The position numbers were made by a program, and so were the translations under genes. The notes under the pieces were generated by a model, which was not told the DNA's origin, did no database searches, and saw only the letters and a program-made list of their open reading frames with translations. This document shows, piece by piece, positions 1 through 8,611 of a stretch of DNA of 64,000 nt. The DNA is from Polyangiales bacterium (GTDB lineage: Bacteria; Myxococcota_A; Polyangia; Polyangiales; Polyangiaceae). Numbering within the stretch: position 1 is the first letter of the stretch; each line of letters starts with the position of its first letter. The stretch is from contig JBBRLQ010000003.1 of assembly GCA_038231275.1 (NCBI GenBank), positions 384,001-448,000 of the forward strand, written 5' to 3'.

Positions 1-579
1 GACAGCCCCGAAAATTTTCAGAACGTCGCGCGTCGCATGGCGCGCGAGGAGGGCTGGTTCCTCACCGACCAGTTCGAGAGCCTCGCGAACGCGCGCATCC
101 ACGAAGAGACGACGGGCCCAGAAATCCTCGAACAAGCGGGCGGCATCGTCGGCGCCTTCGTCGCGGGCGCGGGGACCGGTGGCACCATCACGGGCGTCGG
201 TCGCTTCCTGAAGGCGCGCGTGCCTGGCGTGCGCATCGTGCTCGCCGATCCCGTCGGCTCCGGACTCGCGCGGTGGGTCGTGGACGGCGTCGTCGGCCCG
301 GATGCCGCGTACGCCGTCGAAGGAATCGGGACCAGCAAGCCGCCTGCGATCCTCGATCGCGCGGTGATCGACGCGTCGGAGAGCGTGTCCGACGACGAGA
401 GCTTCGCGATGACGCGGAGGCTCTGGCTCGAAGAGGGGCTCTTCGTGGGCGGCTCCAGCGGAACGGCGGTCGTCGCAGCGCTCCGTGTCGCCGCCGCGCC
501 TGGCATCGCCGGTCCGGTCGTCGCGTTGCTTCCCGATTCGTGGGACCGCTACCTGTCGAAGGGCTGGGTCGCGGGGTGA
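1..579 (+). CDS. PLP-dependent cysteine synthase/cystathionine beta-synthase family protein (5'-truncated by window)
   Basis: Frame open from base 1 (DSPENFQNVARRM...); motifs HEETTGPEI, GAGTGGT, VEGIG, EEGLFVGGSSG. Confidence 0.9.
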   Translation, partial: DSPENFQNVARRMAREEGWFLTDQFESLANARIHEETTGPEILEQAGGIVGAFVAGAGTGGTITGVGRFLKARVPGVRIVLADPVGSGLARWVVDGVVGPDAAYAVEGIGTSKPPAILDRAVIDASESVSDDESFAMTRRLWLEEGLFVGGSSGTAVVAALRVAAAPGIAGPVVALLPDSWDRYLSKGWVAG

Positions 580-595
580 AGGGTGAAGGAGGGCG

Positions 596-1150
596 CTACG
601 GCTTCTCGAGCTCGCTGAGGATGAACGCGCGCGCCTTGCGCCAGTCGCGCCGCACCGTTCGAACGTCGACGTCGAGCGCCCGCGCGATCTCGTCCTCCGC
701 GAAGCCCGCGAAGAATCGCCACTCGACGACCCTCGCGAGGCGTTCGTCGAGCGCGGCGAGGCGGGTCAGGATCGCGTCGATCGCGAGGAGCTCCTCGACG
801 TTCGACTCTTGGCCCACCGCGTCGAGCGCCGACCCCGTCGCCGGCAGCGGGCCACGCTTCTGCGCGTGGCGTCGCCGCGCGTGGTCCACGAGGATCTGGC
901 GCATCGCGGTCGCCGCGACGGCGTAGAAGTGCGCGCGCCCCTGAAAATCCGGCGCTCCGTGAACGAGCTTGAGCCACGCCTCGTGCACGAGCGCCGTCGT
1001 GTGGAGCGTGTTGCCGCCGCTCCGCTCCAGATGCCGATGCGCGAGCGCGCGCAGCGTGTCGTACACCGCCGAGAACGCCTCGTCCGCGCCCGCGGCGTCT
1101 CCCGCAGCCGCGCGCGTGAGGAGCGGCGCGAGATCTACGGGCGCCGTCAC
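596..1150 (-). CDS. ECF sigma factor, TIGR02999/EcfK-like (kinase-activated type)
   Basis: TLHTTALVHEAWLKL, RAHFYAVAATAMRQILVDHARRR, RTVRRDWRKARA; GTG start chosen because TACGAT lies 7 nt upstream. Confidence 0.88.
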   Translation of the reverse strand: MTAPVDLAPLLTRAAAGDAAGADEAFSAVYDTLRALAHRHLERSGGNTLHTTALVHEAWLKLVHGAPDFQGRAHFYAVAATAMRQILVDHARRRHAQKRGPLPATGSALDAVGQESNVEELLAIDAILTRLAALDERLARVVEWRFFAGFAEDEIARALDVDVRTVRRDWRKARAFILSELEKP

Positions 1151-1272
1151 ACGAGGAATCGTACCAGAACCGACACGGCCCATGTCCTGTCGCGCCGCCC
1201 CTTTGCGTTTAAGGGGGGTAGAGCCGACGTCCGGCTTTCGACAACGTCTCGGGAACGAGGAGGGCTTACGTC

Positions 1273-2523
1273 ATGAAGCTTCGAGGGTTTGGACTTTCGG
1301 TGGGGCTCCTGGCTGCGCTGCCTCTGGCGTGCTCCAGCACGACCAACAACGTCACGAACACCGTCGATGCCGGCGGTGGGGGAGACGGCGGCGGCGGCGG
1401 CGGAGACAGCGGCGGCGACACCGGCACGACAGGGGATGGAGGAGCGACCGGCCCGCTGCCGTTCAAGCCCTCCAACATCGACCTCGGCGGCTGGGATCTC
1501 TCGCAAGTCGGCGACGTCGATCTGAGCGGGACCAACTGCGTCCTCGACAGCGAGCAACCCGACGGCCTGGTCGCCGTTCTTTGCGACACGCCTTTCACGA
1601 ACAAGGTGGTCCACAAGATCGTGACGCTCTCCGATCAGACGCGCCTCTCCGTCTTCGTCATGAAGTCGCTGCGCGTCGAGGCGTCGACCGTGTTTTCGTT
1701 CAGCCGCGGTCACCTCCCGGTCGTTCTCGTCGCGCTGCAGACCGTCGAGCTGCTCGGTTCGATCGACGTCGCGCCCGGCACGACCGGCGGCGCGTTCAAC
1801 ACCGGCGGGGTGAAGGACATCAAGGGCTCCGGTCCAGGAGGCGGCACGGGCGGCGACACCACCGGCCTCGCAGGCGGCGGCGCGTCGTACTGCGGCTCCG
1901 GGGGAAAAGCCGGGACCGCGACGCCTGCGGGGACCCCGCCTCCGTCGCCGACCGCCACGTACGGATCTCCGGAGATCGTCCCGCTCCTCCCTGGATCCGC
2001 GGGAGGGAGCGGCGCGCTCACCGACGACACCGCCAGCGGCGGCGGCGCCGTCCAGATCGTGGCCGGCGTTTCGTTCGCGCTTCATACCGGCGGCTTCGTC
2101 AACGCGGGCGGCGGCGGCGGCGCGTTTGGCGGTCTCGGCACCGACGGCGCAGGCGGGGGCGGCAGCGGAGGCGCGATCCTCGTCGAGTCGCCGACGGTCA
2201 CGATCGAGGGAAAAATCGCGGCAAACGGCGGCGGTGGCGGTCAGGGAAACGGCGACACGGGAGAGTCCGGTCACATCGACGTCGTCGCGCAAGGCGGACA
2301 CAAGACGACGGGCACGGTCGGAGCTCCGGGCGGAAGCGGCTCGTTCGCGGCGACCTTGAGCGGTAGCGACGGACCTTCCTCGGCGACGACCAGCGCGGGC
2401 GGTGGTGGCGGCGGCGCGGGCCGCATCCGCATCAACACGACGAGCGGCGCCGCTACGATCAGCGGCGCCGCGTCACCGGCGGTCGCCTCCGCGTGCTTGA
2501 CTCAGGGCAAGCTCGCGAAGTGA
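1273..2523 (+). CDS. Gly-rich secreted lipoprotein
   Basis: SD GAGGAGG; lipobox LPLAC; repeated GGGGSGGAI/GGGGAGRIRI motifs. Confidence 0.8.
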   Translation: MKLRGFGLSVGLLAALPLACSSTTNNVTNTVDAGGGGDGGGGGGDSGGDTGTTGDGGATGPLPFKPSNIDLGGWDLSQVGDVDLSGTNCVLDSEQPDGLVAVLCDTPFTNKVVHKIVTLSDQTRLSVFVMKSLRVEASTVFSFSRGHLPVVLVALQTVELLGSIDVAPGTTGGAFNTGGVKDIKGSGPGGGTGGDTTGLAGGGASYCGSGGKAGTATPAGTPPPSPTATYGSPEIVPLLPGSAGGSGALTDDTASGGGAVQIVAGVSFALHTGGFVNAGGGGGAFGGLGTDGAGGGGSGGAILVESPTVTIEGKIAANGGGGGQGNGDTGESGHIDVVAQGGHKTTGTVGAPGGSGSFAATLSGSDGPSSATTSAGGGGGGAGRIRINTTSGAATISGAASPAVASACLTQGKLAK

Positions 2524-2572
2524 CCGCGGCGCGCGGCGCGGAGGCTGACGGAGCCGAAGCTCAGTGCGCTTC

Positions 2573-4381
2573 TCAGTGTGCTTGCAGGTAGGTCGCGATG
2601 GCGGTGGCGGCGGCCCCACGCTTCGGGTCGCTGCTGCCGCGCTCCTTCTGGACCTCGGCGAGGACGGTCGCCTTCGCGTCCGAGGAGGTCGGGTCGTCGC
2701 CCTGGCAGTTGCGCATGATCTCGAAGGCGTCGAAGAGGACTTCGTTCAAGTCGGCGTCGGCGACGCCGGCGACGGTCGCGTCGAGGAGCTCACGGGCATG
2801 CGCGGAGTCGAGGCTGTAGGCGCGGACGACCACGGACAGGCCGCTGGCGCGGTCGGCGCCGTGCTGACCGGAGCCCACCTTGTGGAAGAGATCCGGCGAC
2901 GAGCGGCCGAGCCACTGAATCGTCTCGGGCGCGAGTCCTGCGCCAGGGTTCTTCCCGGCGGTGGGCGATGCGCCGAACGCCGTGATGACCTTACCCGCCT
3001 TGCGGTCGAGGCCGCTGAACGCTGCGACCGTCGCCTCGTCGAGACCGGACGCGGTGAGCAGGCCGGGGAGCTCCTGCGCCTCCATGTCGTGGCGCTTCAC
3101 CGTGTTGAGGTGGTCGATGTAGAGGTCGATGAGCACCGCGAAGACCGCGAGCGCCGGTCCGATGAACGGGTTCGAGATGGTCACGATGCCGAGGACGCCC
3201 GAGGCGATGCCGGCGAAGTCGCTGAAGATCTTGAGGACCGTGGCCTCGTCGGCGCCGTGCGCGTCGATCGCGCCCTTGATGTCCTTGATGGTGTCGATCG
3301 TGCCGACGATGATGCCCACCGCCGAGGCCATCTTGCCGGCGAACTTCGCGATGTCACCGAGCTGAAGCGAGTCCTTGCCGGAGATGATGCCGCGGATGCT
3401 GTTGGTCGCCTCGGCGAGGCCGCCCACAGCGTCGGGACCCGACTCGAGCAAGCTCACGAACGCGTCCATGTCGCCGGCCTTGAAGGCCTTGAGGTCGAGG
3501 CCCGCGCGCCAGAGGCCGAGGATGGCGTTGGTCGCCTGGATGGCGATCGAGACGTTCGCGGCGTCGGCCTCGAGCTTCGGGTGCCTCAGGTTGCCGTCCG
3601 CGTCGAGCATCGCCGAGAGGCGGATGTCCGCCAGGCCCACGACCTGGTTGATCGCGTCGATCTGATCGCGCAGCGTGGTGAGCTTGTCCGGATCGTTCAG
3701 GATGTCGAGCATCGGCGCGAGCTTCTCCTTCACGGCCGCCTGCGCGGTCGCGGCGTCGTCCGACTTCGCGAGCTCCATCGCCATCGTCTTCGGCAGCGCC
3801 GGCGCGATGATGTCCTTCATCACGTCCTTCGCCGACTTGTGGAAGCCGTCGAGGGTGAGACCGGACTTCGTGTACGCCGCGTCGGCCGCGATGAGCTTGG
3901 CGCCGAACTCGAGCGCGTAGCCGGACACCGGCGAGTGCGCGAGCAGCCCCATGTCGCGGTAGATCTGCTTGTAGCCGACCTCGCCCTTGGACACCCAGAG
4001 GCGGCCGCCCTTCATGGCCTGCTGCGTCTTGTCGGAGTCCTTGAGCAGAGTCTTGAGCGCCGTCTCGAGCGCGAGCGCGCTGGCGTTCTGGCTGTCGTGC
4101 GCTTCCTTCACGTCGGGGATGAGCCCGAACGAGTCGGAGTACTTTTGCTGCTGCGCGTCGTTCAGGACGGCGCCGACGAGCTGCATCTCCTCGGAGAGGC
4201 GACGATCGACCTCGTCGACCGCTTCGTTGGCGGCGGCGAGATTCGTGACCGCTTTGGTGATCTCCGGAGCGGAGACGACCGCGTCCTCGGTGCCGTCGAC
4301 CGCCGAGGCGTCACCCGCCGAGCAGCCGCCGATGAAGCACGCACCCGCAACAAGAACCGCCCAGAGGTTTGCTTTGCGCAT
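2573..4381 (-). CDS. Hypothetical helical lipoprotein with internal hydrophobic segment
   Basis: MRKANLWAVLVAGACFIGGC signal/lipobox; strong GC3 codon bias; hydrophobic FAGIASGVLGIVTISNPFIGPALAVFAVLIDLYI. Confidence 0.8.
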   Translation of the reverse strand: MRKANLWAVLVAGACFIGGCSAGDASAVDGTEDAVVSAPEITKAVTNLAAANEAVDEVDRRLSEEMQLVGAVLNDAQQQKYSDSFGLIPDVKEAHDSQNASALALETALKTLLKDSDKTQQAMKGGRLWVSKGEVGYKQIYRDMGLLAHSPVSGYALEFGAKLIAADAAYTKSGLTLDGFHKSAKDVMKDIIAPALPKTMAMELAKSDDAATAQAAVKEKLAPMLDILNDPDKLTTLRDQIDAINQVVGLADIRLSAMLDADGNLRHPKLEADAANVSIAIQATNAILGLWRAGLDLKAFKAGDMDAFVSLLESGPDAVGGLAEATNSIRGIISGKDSLQLGDIAKFAGKMASAVGIIVGTIDTIKDIKGAIDAHGADEATVLKIFSDFAGIASGVLGIVTISNPFIGPALAVFAVLIDLYIDHLNTVKRHDMEAQELPGLLTASGLDEATVAAFSGLDRKAGKVITAFGASPTAGKNPGAGLAPETIQWLGRSSPDLFHKVGSGQHGADRASGLSVVVRAYSLDSAHARELLDATVAGVADADLNEVLFDAFEIMRNCQGDDPTSSDAKATVLAEVQKERGSSDPKRGAAATAIATYLQAH

Positions 4382-4393
4382 GCGACTACATGT

Positions 4394-4409
4394 AGCCACA
4401 TGTGTGCCA
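4394..4409 (-). promoter_or_regulatory. Putative sigma54 -24/-12 promoter
   Basis: TGGCACACATGTGGCT (GG-N10-GC), 12 nt before ATG 4381. Confidence 0.6.
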
Positions 4410-4426
4410 AAGACCGCACTGTGAAA

Positions 4427-4439
4427 TATCAAAGAGTTG
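4427..4439 (+). promoter_or_regulatory. Putative IHF site
   Basis: TATCAAAGAGTTG matches WATCAANNNNTTR exactly; lies just upstream of the sigma54-like box. Confidence 0.55.
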
Positions 4440-4557
4440 TATGGCGTCCTGTCCCGGTTGGCGTCCGGCGCGGCTGGATCATTCTGACCACACGCCCCGT
4501 CCGGGAAGGAACCTCGGGGTGGTCCCTCGACTCGGGGCGGTTGCTAGACTGGAGGAG

Positions 4558-5157
4558 ATGTTCGCGCCGGGGGAGAGTCCGTTTCGGGCGAAGGGGACGA
4601 TCTACCAAGGGCTCGTCGCCTCGACGGACGCGCGTTGCCCGGGCGGCACGGCGGCGGTCATCGAAGCGCTGGACGACGACGCGCTCCGCGCCTTCTACGG
4701 GCAGCAGTTCCTCGCCGCGAGCTGGTACGACCTCCTCCCGCTGATCCCCTTTAGCCACACGGCGGCGCGCGTCGCCGGCATCGCGCACCTGGCGTATGCC
4801 AAGGAGGGGGCGCGCTTCCATGCGGTGCGCGACATCAACGGCGTGCATCGCTTCTTCTTGAAGCTCGCGTCGCCGAAGATGGTCGCCGTGCGCCTCCCTC
4901 GCCTGATGATGCAGTACTTCAATTTTGGGCGCGCAGAGGGGCAGGCGACGGGCGAGAAATCCTTCGAGGTCATCGGGCGTGCGATCCCCGAGCCGGTGTG
5001 CGCCTGGTTCGTCACGGTCATCGAGGGGTTCGTGCCGGCGGCGATGCAACACGCAGGCGCCCGCAGCATCGTCGCGCGCACCGATCCGCCGGAGCCCGAC
5101 GGCTTCGCGCATGGTGTGCCCCTCGTTCGCTCGCGCCTCGCGCTGACGTGGACCTGA
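4558..5157 (+). CDS. Myxobacterial DUF2378/V4R-like protein
   Basis: RAKG...FLAASWYD...YFNFG...G pattern; TAGACT and GGAGGAG before ATG. Confidence 0.6.
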   Translation: MFAPGESPFRAKGTIYQGLVASTDARCPGGTAAVIEALDDDALRAFYGQQFLAASWYDLLPLIPFSHTAARVAGIAHLAYAKEGARFHAVRDINGVHRFFLKLASPKMVAVRLPRLMMQYFNFGRAEGQATGEKSFEVIGRAIPEPVCAWFVTVIEGFVPAAMQHAGARSIVARTDPPEPDGFAHGVPLVRSRLALTWT

Positions 5158-5203
5158 ACGAGCGCCAGGGTAGGGTTCCCGATCCTCCGGTATGCTCTCG
5201 CGC

Positions 5204-6478
5204 ATGCGCGCCCGCCTCGCTACGCCGGACGACGCCGCCGCCATCGCGGGCGTCTACAACGAGGCGATCGCCGAGCGCGCGGCGACGTTCGAGACGCGCT
5301 CGCACGGCGTGGCGGAGATCCGCGCGTGGTTCGATCCGAGCCGCCCCATCGTGCTCGTCGAGGACGACGCGGGGAGCGCGATCGCGTTTGCGGCGACGAG
5401 CGCGTACGGCGCGAACGAATGCTACGCCGGGGTGTCCGAGCTTCGCGTGTTCACCGCGCGCGCCCACCGCCGAAGGGGAGCCGGCAAGCTCGCGCTCCGC
5501 GAAGTCGCGCTTCATGCACGCGCGGCAGGCTCATGGAAGCTCGTGTGTCACGTCCTCGTCGGCAACGCGGCATGCGCGGCGCTCTTGCGCTCTCTCGGGT
5601 ACCGAGAAGTGGGCACCTACCTGCGTCACGGAAAGCTCGAAGGGAGTTGGCGCGACGTGCTCGTCGCCGAAAAATTCCTGGCGCCGGTCGGTGGAGAGGC
5701 GAGGCCTGCGCCACCCAGTCGGCCCGCGCGCGACAGCGTGATCGAGCTCCTCCGTGATGAGCGTCCCGACGCGCACGGCGCCGCGGTGGACGCGGCGATG
5801 GCGCTCCTCGAGGCGCAGCGCCTCCCCGACGACGAGATGGTCGACGCCGCGCTCGACGCATTCTTCTCGGCCCACGCGCACGATCCCGCGAGCCGTTCGC
5901 GCTTCGTCCGGCTGTTTCGGGCGTACGCGTCGCTGTCGGCGGCCGCGGCGCGGCGCCTCGCGGATGGGATGTTCGCGCGCCTCGGCCGCATGTCGGTCGC
6001 GCTCGACATCACGTCGTTCTACGAGGCGCTCTACGTCGTGAAGCAGACGGTGGGACCTCACGTGGCTGCGCTGGCGGGGCGCGCGCCGGACCTCGCCGAG
6101 TGGATCAAGTTGGTGACGGAGATGCCGCCCGAGTCGCGAGGCCGTATCAGCCCCGCGAACGTGACGAGCCTCCTCATGTCCCTCGCGCTCGCCGCGGCCG
6201 AGACGGACGCGCAGAAGAAGGAGCTCACGGAGCTCGCCGCCGGCGCGAGCGCGAGGCACCGCGTGTCGCCGCCGTCGTCGATCCGGCCTCCGGCCTCAGG
6301 CCCGTCGCCCCCGCCTCCACCGGCGCCGGAGCCGGCTCCCGCGCCGGGGCCCGAGGCCGCGCCCGAGCCCGAGCCGAGCGCGGCGCAAGGACGCCGGCGA
6401 AAAGCGGCGACGCCGGGCAAGCCGCGCGCGAAGCCTCGTGCGGCGAAGCCCTCGAAGCGCGCGGCACCCAAGCCCTGA
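5204..6478 (+). CDS. Phosphinothricin/ArsN1-like GNAT acetyltransferase fused to an unknown helical domain and a Pro/Lys tail
   Basis: IAGVYNEAIAERAATFET, RRRGAG, GYREVG..HGKLEGSWRDV in the first ~165 aa. Confidence 0.8.
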   Translation: MRARLATPDDAAAIAGVYNEAIAERAATFETRSHGVAEIRAWFDPSRPIVLVEDDAGSAIAFAATSAYGANECYAGVSELRVFTARAHRRRGAGKLALREVALHARAAGSWKLVCHVLVGNAACAALLRSLGYREVGTYLRHGKLEGSWRDVLVAEKFLAPVGGEARPAPPSRPARDSVIELLRDERPDAHGAAVDAAMALLEAQRLPDDEMVDAALDAFFSAHAHDPASRSRFVRLFRAYASLSAAAARRLADGMFARLGRMSVALDITSFYEALYVVKQTVGPHVAALAGRAPDLAEWIKLVTEMPPESRGRISPANVTSLLMSLALAAAETDAQKKELTELAAGASARHRVSPPSSIRPPASGPSPPPPPAPEPAPAPGPEAAPEPEPSAAQGRRRKAATPGKPRAKPRAAKPSKRAAPKP

Positions 6479-6484
6479 CCTATT

Positions 6485-7798
6485 TCACGGGCACGTGTGG
6501 CTCGAGCACGCCGAGTACGCGTCGAGGCACTTTGCGAGCACGCAGGTCTGGCACGTGGACGGATCCGTGCACTCCGTCTTGCAGTTCTTTTGCACACAAT
6601 CGAGCATCCCGAAGAGCGGGCTCGACGCGCTCGCGCACGAGTCGACGATGCACTTCTGAAAGTTCGGACCGACGTCGATCTGCCCGTCGTGCGGGTTCGG
6701 CGCCTCCGTCGGATCCTTGCCGAGGACGTTCTGGACGCACGTCAGCGTGGTGCCGCACGTGGCGGTGCCGGTGCCGAAGCCGTCGCCGAACCCTTCGAGC
6801 TCGCCTTGCGGCGTCAGCACAGGGTTCTGGATGCAGTTCTCGAAGAGAGCCTGCTTCCGCGCCTCGACGACCGGGTAGTAGTAGGCGATCGTCATGCACA
6901 TCTCCTTGTCGCCCTTGAACTGACCCTGCACCACCATCGGATGCTCGTCGCCCGTGTAGTGGCAGACGGTGCGGAGGTACTGCCCTTTGCCGACCTTCAC
7001 CGGATCGTTCTTGATCAGCGGGAGATCCCAGTTGGTGCTGGTCAGAAGCGGCGTCGTGGAGGGCGCACCGTCGGCGCCGTCGAGGAACGTCTCGACCTTC
7101 GTGCCGCGCGAGTGCTCGTGCGTGGTCGTGCGGACCAGCGTGATGTCCTGGGGGACCTTGCAACGCATCTGCGCGACCGCGTCGGTGTGCGCGGGGACCA
7201 CGATATACGGATCGTAGAACTGGACGAGGCCGAGGCGGTCTTTCACCGCCGCGGGATCCGCGATGGTCATCGTCACATCCAGCTGGGTCGAAATCGGCGA
7301 CGCGGTCGTGTTGATCGCGTGCGTCTGGAAGAGCACCACCTCCTCCGACTTGAACGGGAAGGCGGTGGTCGCCGGGAAGTCGATGGTCCCCGTGGGCTCG
7401 CCCTGCAAGAACGCCGACGAGAACTGCGCATACTTCATCGCCCCGGCCGGCGCGAAACAGTCGAACGGCGTGTCGAGCGGAAGCTCCGCGACCGGCGCGC
7501 TCTCGACGAGGCGGTAAAGGCCCCAGTGGTGCGCCGCCTTCCAAGACCACGCGACGCCGGAGACGAGGACCTCGCCCGTCGCGCTCTTGGGCATCTTCTT
7601 GTACTCGCACCAGTGCGTCTCCTGCGACGGCGCGGTCGTGTAGCGGAGGGCATACGTGGAGCCGGCGGTGGTCGGCCCCGCCTCGGTGACCCCGGCGTCG
7701 GCGGGCGTGGCACCCCCCGGACTGGACGTCGACGAGCACGCGGCGGCGGCGATCGAAGCGGAAAGACACACGAAAAAGAGCGACGACCTGAGGAACAT
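6485..7798 (-). CDS. Copper type II (PHM/DBH-like) monooxygenase lipoprotein
   Basis: Lipobox AAAC; HH...QTH (CuH) and HEH...EMC (CuM); Cys-rich C-terminus. Confidence 0.8.
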   Translation of the reverse strand: MFLRSSLFFVCLSASIAAAACSSTSSPGGATPADAGVTEAGPTTAGSTYALRYTTAPSQETHWCEYKKMPKSATGEVLVSGVAWSWKAAHHWGLYRLVESAPVAELPLDTPFDCFAPAGAMKYAQFSSAFLQGEPTGTIDFPATTAFPFKSEEVVLFQTHAINTTASPISTQLDVTMTIADPAAVKDRLGLVQFYDPYIVVPAHTDAVAQMRCKVPQDITLVRTTTHEHSRGTKVETFLDGADGAPSTTPLLTSTNWDLPLIKNDPVKVGKGQYLRTVCHYTGDEHPMVVQGQFKGDKEMCMTIAYYYPVVEARKQALFENCIQNPVLTPQGELEGFGDGFGTGTATCGTTLTCVQNVLGKDPTEAPNPHDGQIDVGPNFQKCIVDSCASASSPLFGMLDCVQKNCKTECTDPSTCQTCVLAKCLDAYSACSSHTCP

Positions 7799-7817
7799 GC
7801 GAAGACCTCCCTGTTAA

Positions 7818-7934
7818 TCTTAACGTCGTTCAGACGTACGTAAGGTACCATCTGAACGTCGTCAAGATAGGGGAGATCAAAAATCTCGATCCGGGCACAA
7901 ATGTAGCCAAAGTGTGAACTTGACTGCGTAAAGC
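7818..7934. promoter_or_regulatory. Three putative TetR operator dyads
   Basis: TCTTAACGTCGTTCAGA (7818-34), TCTGAACGTCGTCAAGA (7851-67), ACTTGACTGCGTAAAGC (7918-34); consensus CTTGAC-N3-GTCAAG, between divergent genes. Confidence 0.7.
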
Positions 7935-7957
7935 TGCGGCTGGAGACTTGGAGAGGC

Positions 7958-8605
7958 ATGCCGCGCGCAAAATCGATCCCCAAGCGCGCGTACCACCACG
8001 GCGACTTGCGCGTCGCGCTCATCGCCGCCGCCGTCCAGATCCTCGAGAAGGACGGAGAAGCGGCGCTGACCCTCCGCGAGGTCGCGCGGCGGGTCGGTGT
8101 GTCGCAGGCCGCGCCCTACCATCACTTCGCAGACAAGGAAGCGATCCTCGCGGCGGTCGGCGAGGACGGTTTCAACCACCTCGCCGTGGCGATGGAAGAC
8201 GGGCGCGCCGCCGCGGGTCGCGGGACGCGCGCGATCCTCCGCGCGATGGGCGTCGCGTACGTGCGGTTCGCCGTGCGGCATCCGTCGCACTTCCGCGTCA
8301 TGTTCTCGGGCATCCTGCAGAAACGCGGCGTGAAGGAGTGCGGCCCCCTTCACGCCGCGGCGCAGCGCTCGTTCGGGATGCTGCTCGAGGCGGTCGTCGC
8401 GGCGCAGAAAGCCGGGGCGATCGTCGAAGGGAATCCGGCCAAGCTCGCGCTCTTCTCGTGGTCGATGGTGCACGGCCTCGCGATGCTGCACCTCAACGGC
8501 GTCGCCGATGGACCGGCGGGCCCGCTCGGCTCGATCGACGACCTCGCCGCCGGCGCGGCGGAGGCGATCTCGCGCGGGCTGGAGACGCGCGGCACGCGTT
8601 CTTGA
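7958..8605 (+). CDS. TetR/AcrR family regulator (WHG-like C-terminus)
   Basis: YHHGDLR, LTLREVARRVGVSQAAPYHHFADKE, WSMVHG. Confidence 0.92.
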   Translation: MPRAKSIPKRAYHHGDLRVALIAAAVQILEKDGEAALTLREVARRVGVSQAAPYHHFADKEAILAAVGEDGFNHLAVAMEDGRAAAGRGTRAILRAMGVAYVRFAVRHPSHFRVMFSGILQKRGVKECGPLHAAAQRSFGMLLEAVVAAQKAGAIVEGNPAKLALFSWSMVHGLAMLHLNGVADGPAGPLGSIDDLAAGAAEAISRGLETRGTRS

Positions 8606-8611
8606 GCGCGG

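Noticed and set aside
2560-2583. 12-bp tandem repeat at a gene end as an att site or target duplication
   Set aside because: Adjacent copies with one mismatch and no mobile element; likely slippage.
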